Shown here in pieces: positions 18,426-27,737 of a stretch of DNA of 64,000 bases. Every line of letters starts with the position of its first letter. Within the stretch, counting starts at the first letter, position 1. Below the pieces are notes generated by a model. The model ran no database searches and was not told where the DNA came from. It saw nothing but the letters and a program-made list of their open reading frames with translations. The translations under genes and the position numbers were made by a program. Origin of the DNA: an uncultured Chloroflexia bacterium (GTDB taxonomy: Bacteria; Chloroflexota; Limnocylindria; Limnocylindrales; CSP1-4); assembly GCA_963825995.1 (NCBI GenBank), contig CAWGVH010000004.1, forward strand, positions 182,483 to 246,482, given 5' to 3'.

Positions 18426-18612
18426 GTCGGGGTGCTCCTTCTTGGGAAGTGGTGGTGGTTGACAGGCCGCCATGGCTGACGTGCGGCGGCGGCAGACGGG
18501 TCGGGCGAGTAACTCAGCCCTCCGGTCGGCAACCCTAGTGTCCTACATGTCGGCCGTGAGGGCATGGGGGCGATGCGTCACCGCTCGAGAGCCCGCCTGA
18601 TATGGTCGGCGC

Positions 18613-20041
18613 ATGGGCAGGCCACTGCGACTCGATGGCGACGAGCGGCGCGCCATCGCGGCTGGCGCACTCGACGCGCTCGAGCGATTGGCCGGCGTGC
18701 GAGCCTCCGGGGACGTCCACGCGCCCGCTGACGCGTCGCTCCTGGAGCTGGCCCGCACGACGCCTCCGCAGGAGCCGGCCGACCCGGCCGACATCCTCGA
18801 TCGCTTCGTCCGCTTCGCCGCGGCCGGCTGGGACAAGTCCGCGGACGGCATCTTCGCCTACATCCCCAACGGTGCGCTCGACGCCGGGCCCATCGCCGCC
18901 CTGCTGGCGGCCGGCGCCCACACGTTCACCGGCACCTCCTTCGAGGCGCCCGCCATGGTGGCCATGGAGGAGGGCGTGTTGCGCTGGATGGCCGACATGC
19001 TGGGGCTCCCGCCGACGGCCGGCGGCCTGCTGCTCTCCGGCGGCTCGCTGGCCAACCAGACGGCCATCGTGACGGCTCGCGCACGGGCGAGGGCCCGCGA
19101 TGGGCAGCAGGCCGACGACGTCCTCACGATGTACGTCTCCGAGCACGTCCATCACTCGGTGACCAAGGCCGCCTCGCTGGTCGGTCTCGCGAGCCGAGCG
19201 GTCCGCACCGTTGCCACCGACGACAGCGGCCGCGTCGACGCCGAGGCACTGCGCCAGATCGTCGAGGCGGACGTGCAGGCGGGACGACGGCCATTCCTGG
19301 TGGTGGGCGTGGCCGGCACCACGGACACCGGCAGCATCGATCCGCTGGAGGACCTGGCGGACGTGGCCCAGGGTACCGGCGCCTGGTTCCACGTCGACGC
19401 CGCCTACGGCGGCTTCTTCGCCCTCACGGAGCGTGGCCGGCGGCGGCTGCACGGCATCCAACGAGCCGACTCGGTGACCGTCGACGCTCACAAGGGCCTC
19501 TTCCTGCCCTACGGCGTGGGCGCCGTCCTGGTGCGCGACCCGCAGCGATCTGGTCGCCGCTCACGAGGGCGCAGGCGCCTACTTCCGGGCCATCCCGACG
19601 ATCGAGGAGCTCCCCCACTACTGCCAGCGCGGCCCGGAGCTGACACGGCCGACACGCGGGCCCCTCCTCTGGTTCCCGCTGCACTTGCACGGCACGGCAG
19701 CCTTCGCCGCTGAGCTCGATCGCATGCTCGACCTGGCCGCCCTGGCCCACCGGCGGCTGACCGCCATGCCGGGCATCGTGGTGGGGCCGGCACCCGAGCT
19801 CTCCATCGTGGCCTTCCGGGCAGCGGCGGGCGATGAGGCCACGGACGACATGGTGACCGCCCTCCACGCCACCGGACGCTTCCAGGTCTCGACCACGACG
19901 CTCGACGGGCGGGCCACCATCCGCTTCGCGTTCCTCAGCCCGCGGACGACGGAGGCACGGGTCGCGGAAGCGCTGGACGTCGTCGAGGAGGTGGCCGTTC
20001 GCGCCCCGCCATGGATCGCCAGGCGCCAGACCACTCGATGA
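18613..20041 (+). pseudogene. group II PLP-dependent amino-acid decarboxylase with a frame break (pseudogene or sequencing indel)
   Basis: ORF 18613..19713 carries SGGSLANQTAI and the PLP-lysine block SVTVDAHKGLFLPYG, then degenerates after VLVRDPQ. The C-terminal domain continues in another frame (LVAAHEGAGAYFRAIP..ELTRPTRGPLLWFPLHLHG..., ending at 20041). The break is at about 19546-19552. Confidence 0.75.
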
Positions 20042-20051
20042 TGTGCCATGA

Positions 20052-20363
20052 CGACCCGGATTCTCCGAATCCCGGCTCATCGGCGCGCCGTTGCAGGAGC
20101 GTCCCGACCTCGTGGCCCGGGCCGACCCGTGCCGCCGGGCGACCGCTGAGGCACCCCCGTTCTTGATCATGCACGGTACGCGCGATCGTTGGGTGCCCTT
20201 CGGCCAGAGTGAGGCGCTGGCGACGCGGCTGCGGGAACTGGGCGTGGCCGTGGTCCGGCCCATCGAGGGCGCCGACCATGTCTTCCTCGACGATCGGCGA
20301 GGACCGCAGCTCGTCGACGAGGTGGTGGCTTTCCTGGTCCGCACGCTGCATCCCGGCAGCTGA
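20052..20363 (+). pseudogene. 5'-truncated alpha/beta-hydrolase (S9/esterase-like) remnant
   Basis: Only the last ~100 codons are present (LIGAPLQERPDLVARADP..PPFLIMHGTRDRWVP..GADHVF). The catalytic Asp and His regions are there but the GxSxG nucleophile part is absent. An in-frame stop lies at 20049-20051, directly after the decarboxylase gene end. Confidence 0.6.
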
Positions 20364-20376
20364 CCCAGCCGCGCCG

Positions 20377-21345
20377 ATGACGGACGACCAGCGTGGAGGG
20401 GACCGCGGCGGCGTGGCCCTGGTCTTCGGGGCGGCGGCGGCGCTGGGCACACTCGGCGTCATCTCGACCTTGGCCTACCAGGAGGGCGTGCCGGCGGCGG
20501 TCTTCACGGCCCTGCGCGCGGCGCTTGGTGCCCTCATCCTCGGCGTCCTCGTGATGGCGCGCTGGCAGCCGAGTGTCAGCCTGCGAGGCCTCGCCCAGCG
20601 TGAGCGGCGGATGCTGGCCATCGCCATCGTGGCCAACGGGTCGATGAACCTGCTGCTGTTCGCGGCCTTCTCAGTGATGGCCGTGGCCATCGTCATGACG
20701 CTCTTCTACATGTACCCCGTGCTGGTCATGGTCGCGATGGCCGCCATGGGCCTGGAGCGGGTCACGGCACTGCGGCTGGGTGCCCTGGTCCTGGCCATGG
20801 CCGGGCTCCTCCTCGTCGTGGGCAGCCAGGTCGGCCCGGAAGCTCACGTGACGCTGGCCGGCGTGGGGCTGGCCCTCGCGGCAGCCGTCTGCCAGGCCGC
20901 CTACCTCGTCGTCTCGCGGGACGGCTACACATCCGTGCCGGCCGTCCAGGCCACCTCGCTCATCCTGCTGGGCGGGATGTTCATCTCCGGCACCACGGCT
21001 CTGCTCACGGGCGGCTTCGCGTCGCTGGACAGCTGGGGCGTCGATCCGGTCGTCTGGATCGCAGTCCTGCTGGCAGGGACCGTCGGCGCTGCCCTCCCCA
21101 AGGTCATGGTGCTCATGGGCGTGCGCCGCATCGGCGGCACACGCACGGCCATGGTCATGCTCGCCGAGCCCGTCGTGGCGGTCGTCTCGGCAGCCATCGT
21201 GCTGGGACAACCGCTGACGCTGCCAGAGGTGCTGGGTGGTGGCGCCATCCTGCTGGCGGCCGCGCTCGTGCAGCGACCGCCGCTCGCCGACTCGCGGTCC
21301 ACGGCACGTCCCGAGCCGACCGCGGTGATCGGGTCGCACGAGTAG
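20377..21345 (+). CDS. EamA/DMT-family transporter
   Basis: Track ORF 20209..21345 trimmed to the ATG at 20377. About 10 TM segments in two EamA-like halves. Confidence 0.8.
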   Translation: MTDDQRGGDRGGVALVFGAAAALGTLGVISTLAYQEGVPAAVFTALRAALGALILGVLVMARWQPSVSLRGLAQRERRMLAIAIVANGSMNLLLFAAFSVMAVAIVMTLFYMYPVLVMVAMAAMGLERVTALRLGALVLAMAGLLLVVGSQVGPEAHVTLAGVGLALAAAVCQAAYLVVSRDGYTSVPAVQATSLILLGGMFISGTTALLTGGFASLDSWGVDPVVWIAVLLAGTVGAALPKVMVLMGVRRIGGTRTAMVMLAEPVVAVVSAAIVLGQPLTLPEVLGGGAILLAAALVQRPPLADSRSTARPEPTAVIGSHE

Positions 21346-21453
21346 CGCCGTCCGACTCGACATCTGCCCGGCCGCTGGTGAGGACACCCATTGGTGGGCG
21401 GGCCCGCGATGGTAGGCTGCACGCTCTGAGCGCACGGAGGACGGTGCTGAGCC

Positions 21454-22431
21454 ATGACCACTGAAGCCATCCAGACCGCGAGCCTGCCGGCGGGGTTCGT
21501 GGACGCCTACACGTCGATGCTCCGCATCCGGCTCACCGAGGAGGAGATCATGCGCCTCCGCCTGGCGGGCACCGTCGTGGGGTCGGTTCACCTCGAGATC
21601 GGCCAGGAGGCCATCCCCGTGGGGGTGATCGGCGCCCGACGCGCCGGCGATGCCGTCTTCTGCACCTACCGCGGGCATGGCTGGGGGCTGGCCTGCGGCC
21701 TGCCCGTCCTTTCGCTGCTGGCGGAAGTGGCGGGTCGCGTGGGTGGCCCCAGCGACGGGCGGGGTGGATCGGCCTACTTCTCCGCGCCGGAGGTGGGCTT
21801 CTACGGCGAGAACTCGATCGTCGGTGCCGGTGCGCCCATCGCCGTGGGTGCCGCGCTGGCGAGCCGGTTCGACGGCTCCGGCCGCGTCGCCATCACCGCG
21901 TTCGGCGACGGCGCCATGAACCAGGGCGCCGTCCACGAGTCCATGAACATGGCCTCGGCCATGAAGCTGCCGGTCGTCTTCGTCTGCGAGAACAACGGCT
22001 ACTCGGAACTGACGCGCATCGCCATCATGGTCGCCGACCCGGTCCTCAGCCACCGCGCCGCGGCCTACGGGATGCCCGGGGTCCGGGTGGACGGCAACGA
22101 TCCCTTCGCGGTGCAGGCCGTGGCCCGGGAGGCCGTCGAGCGCGCGCGTGCCGGCCATGGGCCGACCCTCATCGAGGCCATGACGCAGCGCATCGTGGGC
22201 CACTACATCGGCGACGCGGAGACGTATCGACAGCCGGGCGAACTCGAGGCCGCCCGGGCAGACGAGCCGCTCGAGCGCATGCGCAGGCAGATGGCCGAGC
22301 ACGGTCTCGACGAGGCCGCCATCGCCGCCCTCGAGGCGTCGGTCCGCCACGAGGTGGAGCAGGCCGCCCAACAGCTCGAGACACTGCCGCCGGTCGACCC
22401 GGCCACGGTCCGGGAGCATCTCTATGCCTGA
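21454..22431 (+). CDS. TPP-dependent 2-oxoacid/acetoin dehydrogenase E1 component, alpha subunit
   Basis: TPP-binding block ITAFGDGAMNQGAVHESMNMASAMKLPVVFVCENNGY and YRGHGW. Confidence 0.85.
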   Translation: MTTEAIQTASLPAGFVDAYTSMLRIRLTEEEIMRLRLAGTVVGSVHLEIGQEAIPVGVIGARRAGDAVFCTYRGHGWGLACGLPVLSLLAEVAGRVGGPSDGRGGSAYFSAPEVGFYGENSIVGAGAPIAVGAALASRFDGSGRVAITAFGDGAMNQGAVHESMNMASAMKLPVVFVCENNGYSELTRIAIMVADPVLSHRAAAYGMPGVRVDGNDPFAVQAVAREAVERARAGHGPTLIEAMTQRIVGHYIGDAETYRQPGELEAARADEPLERMRRQMAEHGLDEAAIAALEASVRHEVEQAAQQLETLPPVDPATVREHLYA

Positions 22432-23422
22432 GACCGCCGTCACCGTCACCTCGCTCACCTACGCCAAGGCCGTCAACGCGGCCCTCGACCGGGCTCTCGA
22501 GGAGTTCCCGGAGACCATCCTCTACGGCGAGGACCTGGCCCTCCCCGGCGGCATCTTCGGCTGCACCAAGGGCCTCCGCGACAAGCACGGCGAGCGGGTC
22601 TTCGACACACCCATCAGCGAGACGGCCATGCTCGGCGCGGCCGTCGGCGCGGCCATGATGGGCCGCCGTCCCATCGTCGAGATCATGTGGGTGGACTTCA
22701 GCCTGGTGGCCCTCGACCAGCTCATCAACCAGGCCGCCAACGTGCGCTACGTCTCGGCCGGACGCCTCACGGCACCGCTGACCGTGCGCACCCAGCAGGG
22801 CATCCTGCCCGGCTCGTGCGCCCAGCACTCTCAGAGCCTGGAGGCCTTCTTCGCCCACGTGCCGGGCCTGCGCGTGGCCATGCCGGCAGACCCCCAACAG
22901 GCCTACACGCTGCTCCTCGCGGCCATCGCCTGTGACGACCCGACCATCGTCATCGAGCACCGCGCCTTCTACCACACGCTCTTGGGCGACGTGTCGCTGG
23001 GCGGGCCTATCGAGCCCATCGGCGGCGCGCGCCTCGTGCGCTCTGGGGATGCCGCCACCATCGTCGCGCTGGGACCGATGCTCCACGTCGCGCTGGAGGC
23101 CGCTGCCAAGCTCGCCGAGGAGGGCATCGAGACCGACGTCATCGATCCGCGCTGGATCGCGCCGTTCGACACGGACGCGTTGCTGGCCAGCCTGGAGCGT
23201 ACGGGTCGGCTGACGGTGGTCCACCAGGCCAACGTCACGGGGGGCTTCGGGGCGGAGATCGCAGCGCGCGCCGCCAAGGACGGTTTCTGGTTCCTGGAGG
23301 CGCCCATCGAGCGGGTCGGCGTGCCCGACTCGCGCATCCCGGCCGCCCCTGTGCTGCAGCAGGCCCTGCTGCCGGGTGCCGAGGACATCGTGGCCGCGGT
23401 GCGCCGCACCATCGAGGCCTGA
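22424..23422 (+). CDS. 2-oxoacid/acetoin dehydrogenase E1 component, beta subunit
   Basis: Typical E1-beta N-terminus LTYAKAVNAALDRALEEFPETILYGEDL...FDTPISE and a transketolase-C-like end. 8-nt overlap with the alpha gene. Confidence 0.85.
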   Translation: MPETAVTVTSLTYAKAVNAALDRALEEFPETILYGEDLALPGGIFGCTKGLRDKHGERVFDTPISETAMLGAAVGAAMMGRRPIVEIMWVDFSLVALDQLINQAANVRYVSAGRLTAPLTVRTQQGILPGSCAQHSQSLEAFFAHVPGLRVAMPADPQQAYTLLLAAIACDDPTIVIEHRAFYHTLLGDVSLGGPIEPIGGARLVRSGDAATIVALGPMLHVALEAAAKLAEEGIETDVIDPRWIAPFDTDALLASLERTGRLTVVHQANVTGGFGAEIAARAAKDGFWFLEAPIERVGVPDSRIPAAPVLQQALLPGAEDIVAAVRRTIEA

Positions 23423-23434
23423 GGCCGGCGACGC

Positions 23435-24736
23435 ATGCTGCATGACCCAAGCCACTACGAGCCGCCGCCGATCGCGCACGAGATCGAGATCAGCCCTCGG
23501 GACACGGAGACCCTGCGCCGGCTGGCCTCCGAGCTGGCCGGCTACGCGGCGCTGCCCGTCCACGAGGAGAAGGCTCGACTCTGGCAGGAGCTGAACGACC
23601 TGCGTTCCTCCCGACCGATGGTCTGGATCAACGAGATCCCCTGGCACGAGATGAACGTCGACGGCGAGCTGACCCTGCAGACCACTGACCCGTGGGCGCA
23701 GGACCAGGAACGCGAGCTGCGCCGCACGCTCTACCAGTGGCGTCACCTGCCCGGCGACATGATCCTCTCCGACCACCTGGCCTGCCCGCTGGCCATCCAC
23801 AGCACGGACTTCGGCATCGTCGAGGACGTCGAGGTCGCCCGCACGGACGACGCCAACGACATCGTCTCGCGCGAGTTCCACATCCAGATCCACGACTTCG
23901 ATGATCTCGAGAAGATCAGGATGCCGCAGGTCACGCACAACGAGGCGGCCACGGAGTTCCGCTATCGCGCCATGTGCGAGGTGTACGCGGGCATCCTGCC
24001 GGTGCGCAAGACCGGCCAGACCCACATCTGGTACACGCCCTGGGACTATCTCATCCGCTGGTGGGGCGTCGAGGAGGCCATGCTGGACCTCGTCCAACGC
24101 CCGGACCTGGTCCATGCCGGCGTCGAGCGGATGGTCGATGCCTGGATGGTGGAGCTGGACCAGTTCGAGGCCCTGGACCTGCTCTCGCTGGACGCCAACA
24201 ACACGCGCATCGGCTCAGGCGGCTATGGCTACACGGAGGCGCTGCCCGCCGAGCCCTTCCATCCGGACCACGTGCGAGCACACAACATGTGGGGCTGCTC
24301 CAATGCGCAGATCTTCTCCGAGGTTTCGCCGCAGATGCGCTGGGAGTTCGCGGTCGAGCACGATATGCGCTGGCTCACGCGCTGGGGCATGACCTACTAC
24401 GGCTGCTGCGAGCCCCTGGACAAGTCCATCGACGTCATCCGGCGCATCCCCAACCTGCGCAAGGTCTCGACCACGCCGTGGGCCGATACCGCGAGGATGG
24501 TCGACCAGGTCGGCACCGACTACGTGCTCAGCCGCAAGCCCAACCCAGCTGTCTTCGCCACCGACGAATGGCATCCGGACCGGGCCCGGCAGGAGTTGCG
24601 AAGCTTCCTCGAGCAGGCCCGGGGCTGCCACACCGAGCTGATCATGAAGGACATCTCGACCGTCCGCTACCAGCCGCAGCGACTCTGGGAGTGGGCCGCC
24701 ATGGCCATGGAGGAGGCCCAGGACTTCGGCGTCTGA
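23435..24736 (+). CDS. uncharacterised ~430-aa protein, YYGCCEP-motif family (possible URO-D/MetE-like barrel), paralog of 42357..43643
   Basis: 433-aa ORF starting 12 nt after E1-beta. Shares blocks with the paralog: LPV.EEK.R.W..LNDLR..RPM, YYGCCEP, PNLR.VS..PWAD, DYV.SRKP.P. The function is not recognisable by eye. Confidence 0.6.
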   Translation: MLHDPSHYEPPPIAHEIEISPRDTETLRRLASELAGYAALPVHEEKARLWQELNDLRSSRPMVWINEIPWHEMNVDGELTLQTTDPWAQDQERELRRTLYQWRHLPGDMILSDHLACPLAIHSTDFGIVEDVEVARTDDANDIVSREFHIQIHDFDDLEKIRMPQVTHNEAATEFRYRAMCEVYAGILPVRKTGQTHIWYTPWDYLIRWWGVEEAMLDLVQRPDLVHAGVERMVDAWMVELDQFEALDLLSLDANNTRIGSGGYGYTEALPAEPFHPDHVRAHNMWGCSNAQIFSEVSPQMRWEFAVEHDMRWLTRWGMTYYGCCEPLDKSIDVIRRIPNLRKVSTTPWADTARMVDQVGTDYVLSRKPNPAVFATDEWHPDRARQELRSFLEQARGCHTELIMKDISTVRYQPQRLWEWAAMAMEEAQDFGV

Positions 24737-24814
24737 GCCGTTCGTGCGCCTCTCCGGCGCCTAGCCAGCTGCGTCGGGCCCTCGGCGCCTGAGCGCCGCA
24801 CCCACCCCTGCAAT

Positions 24815-25849
24815 TCAGCCCGCAAGTTCGCTCCGGATGGCGCGGGCCGCCTCCGCGAGGGAGCGCATCTTGGCCACGGCCAGGGGTCGGGCCGTCTGGC
24901 TGTAGCCGCAGTCGGCGGAAAGCCACAGCTTCTCCGGCGCGACCGAGCGGAGGGCGGTGCGAACGCGCTCGGCGACGATGGCCGGGCTCTCGGCATCCCT
25001 GCCCTTCACGTCGATGACGCCGGCCACCAGTGTCTTGTCGCCACCGTGTTCGGCCCAGAGTCCCACTTCCCACATCGAGCGGTTGGCGAACTCCAGGCTG
25101 AGGGCATCGTAGGCAAGGTCCTTGAAGTACGGGGCGAACGCCGCGTACGAACGGTAGGCCGTGGCCGGACGCCCACGGAAGTTGCCGAAGCAGAGGTGCA
25201 GCGAGGTCATGGCCCGCACCCCGTCGATGCAGGCGTTGGCGATCTCGACCATCTCGGGCAGGCCGCCCGGCATGATCCAGAAGGCCGGCTCGTCGACCTG
25301 GATGAGATGGGCGCCGGCGTCCACGGCCGCCCTGAGCTCGCGGTTGATGTCCGGCACCAGCGCCCAGGCGACCTTGCCCTTGTCACCGTACACGTCGCCC
25401 GGATGGATGCGGAAGGCCTGCGTGACGGGACCCTGGAGAGCCGTCACGAAGGGTCGGTCGGTGAGAGCAAGGAGGTGCCGCGTCTCCTCGACGAGACCAT
25501 AGCCGTCGGGCGCGGAGACCTCGGCCACGACCCGAAAGGCATCCACCTGGTCGGGGCCCGGGTAGCCCAGCCGCCGCTCGGACTCGATGGGCTCGAGCCC
25601 CCGGATGCTGGCGTGGAAGGTGCGCGTGAAGTCGGCCCGCAGCATCTCGCCGTCGGAGACGACGTCGTAGCCAGCCTCGACCTGGTCGAGCAGCGCGATC
25701 CGCGCGGCGTCCCGCAGCGACTCGGAGATGTCAGAGGGGCCCAGCCGACCCTCTGCGACGGCATCCCGGATGAGCCACACCCAGGGTGGTGCCCCGGCAC
25801 TTCCGAGGGACTGGATGGGCAGGAGCGGCAGCCCGGCGAGTCTGGACAT
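24815..25849 (-). CDS. short MetE-like (cobalamin-independent methionine synthase C-terminal domain family) Zn alkyltransferase
   Basis: 344 aa. Meth_synt_2-type blocks DGEMLRADF and HLIQVDEPAF. Zn ligands SLHLCFGNF (HxC) and LSADCGYS (C). Confidence 0.75.
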   Translation of the reverse strand: MSRLAGLPLLPIQSLGSAGAPPWVWLIRDAVAEGRLGPSDISESLRDAARIALLDQVEAGYDVVSDGEMLRADFTRTFHASIRGLEPIESERRLGYPGPDQVDAFRVVAEVSAPDGYGLVEETRHLLALTDRPFVTALQGPVTQAFRIHPGDVYGDKGKVAWALVPDINRELRAAVDAGAHLIQVDEPAFWIMPGGLPEMVEIANACIDGVRAMTSLHLCFGNFRGRPATAYRSYAAFAPYFKDLAYDALSLEFANRSMWEVGLWAEHGGDKTLVAGVIDVKGRDAESPAIVAERVRTALRSVAPEKLWLSADCGYSQTARPLAVAKMRSLAEAARAIRSELAG

Positions 25850-25897
25850 CGATCGACCTCCGTAACGTGTAGTGGCTGGATCCCGGGCGCCAGCGTC

Positions 25898-26905
25898 TCA
25901 GGCGGGGGCTTCCGAGGGTGCCGCGAAGCCCTGGCGCTCGTAATGCACGCGTCGCGGCCTGGTGGTGTCCTTGTAGATGAACCAGCGGCAGGGACGGTCA
26001 GGCAGGTCGCAATCCTCGAGCGGGCGCAAGGGCGGCTGGCCCTCGACCATCTGGAGATACTCCAGAGCGATCATCGAGTGGATGCTGTACCAGCTCATGC
26101 CAGTGCGGCCCTGGGTCCAGGGATGGGGCTCCCGGTTGGTGGCTGAGGGGTGCGGCGGGCGCCCGCTGTCGGGATCGCCACGGCGCAGGACGCCGCAGCT
26201 GCCGCAGGGGTCCAGGGACATCACAAATCGATCGCCCTCGTCGCTGACCCCCACGTCGCCGCGCTTGCGAGGGCCGGACAGGTGCCCGCCGCGCATGCCT
26301 TCCACGCTGAGCTGCAGGCGCAGCTCAGGGGTCATGGCCCCCCAGAGCGCGTAGCGCGGCTTCCAGATGTGCTCGTAGGCGAGGGTCACCGACTCCAGGA
26401 TGGCGTCCTCGCCGAAGGCCTGCGCGATCTCAGCCTGCACCTCGCAGATCCAGACCACGAGGCCGTCGTGCTGGGCCGCCCAGCGCACGCGCATGAGCTC
26501 CATGGCGGCGACAGCAGCGGGGCCGTCACCGGCCGCCAGGGCCTGCCTGGCCCGCTCCAGGTCGCCTGCCCCGGGCTGGAAGCGACGGTACCCGGAGAGC
26601 AGCTTGTCGCCAAGGCCGTCCTCCGTGGCACCTGCCCGCCCCAGGCGGTAGTCGAGGATGTCAGTGAGCCACACGAAGAGGACGTCGTTCATGATCGCGA
26701 TCTCGCGGCTGAAGTACTCGACGAGCTCGAGCGCCAGGTTCCAGCGACCCTCCTCGATGGCGACCTCGGCCCACGTCTGCGTGCTCGTCCCGAGCGTCTC
26801 CAGGCCGTCCTGGCGGAGCGGCCGTCCAAGGATGTCGCTGTGGCGGATGGGGCTGACCGGCCAGCCATCCGGCCGGATGTCCGGGATGCTCATCGAGGCC
26901 CTCAT
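25898..26905 (-). CDS. hypothetical protein with Cys4 cluster, co-transcribed with the MetE-like gene
   Basis: 335-aa ORF ending 48 nt upstream of the MetE-like start. Motifs LDPCGSCG and EDCDLPDRPCRW. No family recognised. Confidence 0.6.
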   Translation of the reverse strand: MRASMSIPDIRPDGWPVSPIRHSDILGRPLRQDGLETLGTSTQTWAEVAIEEGRWNLALELVEYFSREIAIMNDVLFVWLTDILDYRLGRAGATEDGLGDKLLSGYRRFQPGAGDLERARQALAAGDGPAAVAAMELMRVRWAAQHDGLVVWICEVQAEIAQAFGEDAILESVTLAYEHIWKPRYALWGAMTPELRLQLSVEGMRGGHLSGPRKRGDVGVSDEGDRFVMSLDPCGSCGVLRRGDPDSGRPPHPSATNREPHPWTQGRTGMSWYSIHSMIALEYLQMVEGQPPLRPLEDCDLPDRPCRWFIYKDTTRPRRVHYERQGFAAPSEAPA

Positions 26906-26965
26906 GCGGCGGGTAGGCTAGGCGCGAACGGGCCGTGAGGCCCCGGCGATGGGAGAGGTGCAGGC

Positions 26966-27729
26966 ATGGACGGTGGCCGCAGCGGATGGGGTCTCGAAGG
27001 CCATGGCGTCATCGTCACGGGTGCAGCCCAGGGCATCGGCGAGGCCACCGCGCGGGCCTTCGCGGACGTGGGTGCCCGCGTCTGCGCGGTCGACCTGCGG
27101 GAGGGACCCGTGCGCGCTGTGGTGGAGTCGCTGCCCGGCGGGCCACACCAGGCGGTGGCCATGGACCTCAACGACCTGGCCGCACATGACGGCCTGGTGC
27201 GTGGCGCCGCCGACGCCCTGGGGGACCTGCGGGCCATCGTCCTCGCCGCGGGCGTCCTGCGGCGCGAGCCGTTCGCCGACGTGACCGAGGAGGCCTGGGA
27301 CTGGCAGCTTGACACCAACCTCAAGGCCACGTTCTTCCTGTCGCGCAGCGTCGGCGAGCACATGCGCCAGGCGGCACGAAGGGCAGCATCTGCACCTTCA
27401 CGTCCATCTCCGCGACGATGGGCGGCGTGAGCTCGGCCCCGGCGTACGCGGCCTCCAAGGGCGGCGTCATCGCGCTCACCTACGCCATGGCGCGGCACTA
27501 CGGCCCCGCCGGCATCCGCGTCAACAGCATCGCGCCCGGCTTCATCGACACGCCCATGCAGCGCGAGGGGTTCTCCACCGCGGCCCAGGCCTACATCGAG
27601 AGCACGCCGCTGGCACGTCAGGCCGATCCGTCCGAGGTCGCCGCGGTGGCGGTCTTCCTGGCCTCCGACCACGCCAGCTTCGTGACGGGCGCCATCATGA
27701 ACGTCAGCGGCGGCGGCTGGATGGGCTGA
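26966..27729 (+). pseudogene. SDR (FabG-like) oxidoreductase with a frame break (pseudogene or sequencing indel)
   Basis: N-terminal ORF 26966..27430 has VIVTGAAQGIGEA. After EHMRQA the frame is lost. The continuation GTKGSICTFTSISATMGGVSSAPAYAASKGG... (YxxxK) runs in the frame of ORF 27418..27729. One base appears to be missing at about 27368-27375. Confidence 0.75.
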
Positions 27730-27737
27730 GGGCACGT

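Noticed and set aside
20671-22458. 595-aa minus-strand ORF opposite the EamA and E1-alpha genes.
   Set aside because: The translation is Arg/Gly/His/Asp-rich junk with no motifs. It is fully overlapped by two plus-strand genes with clear family signatures. This is a typical antisense open frame in very GC-rich DNA.
22169-24115. 648-aa minus-strand ORF opposite E1-beta and the YYGCCEP-family gene.
   Set aside because: Same reasoning: low-complexity Arg/Asp/Gly/Leu/Val composition, and it is antisense to well-supported genes.
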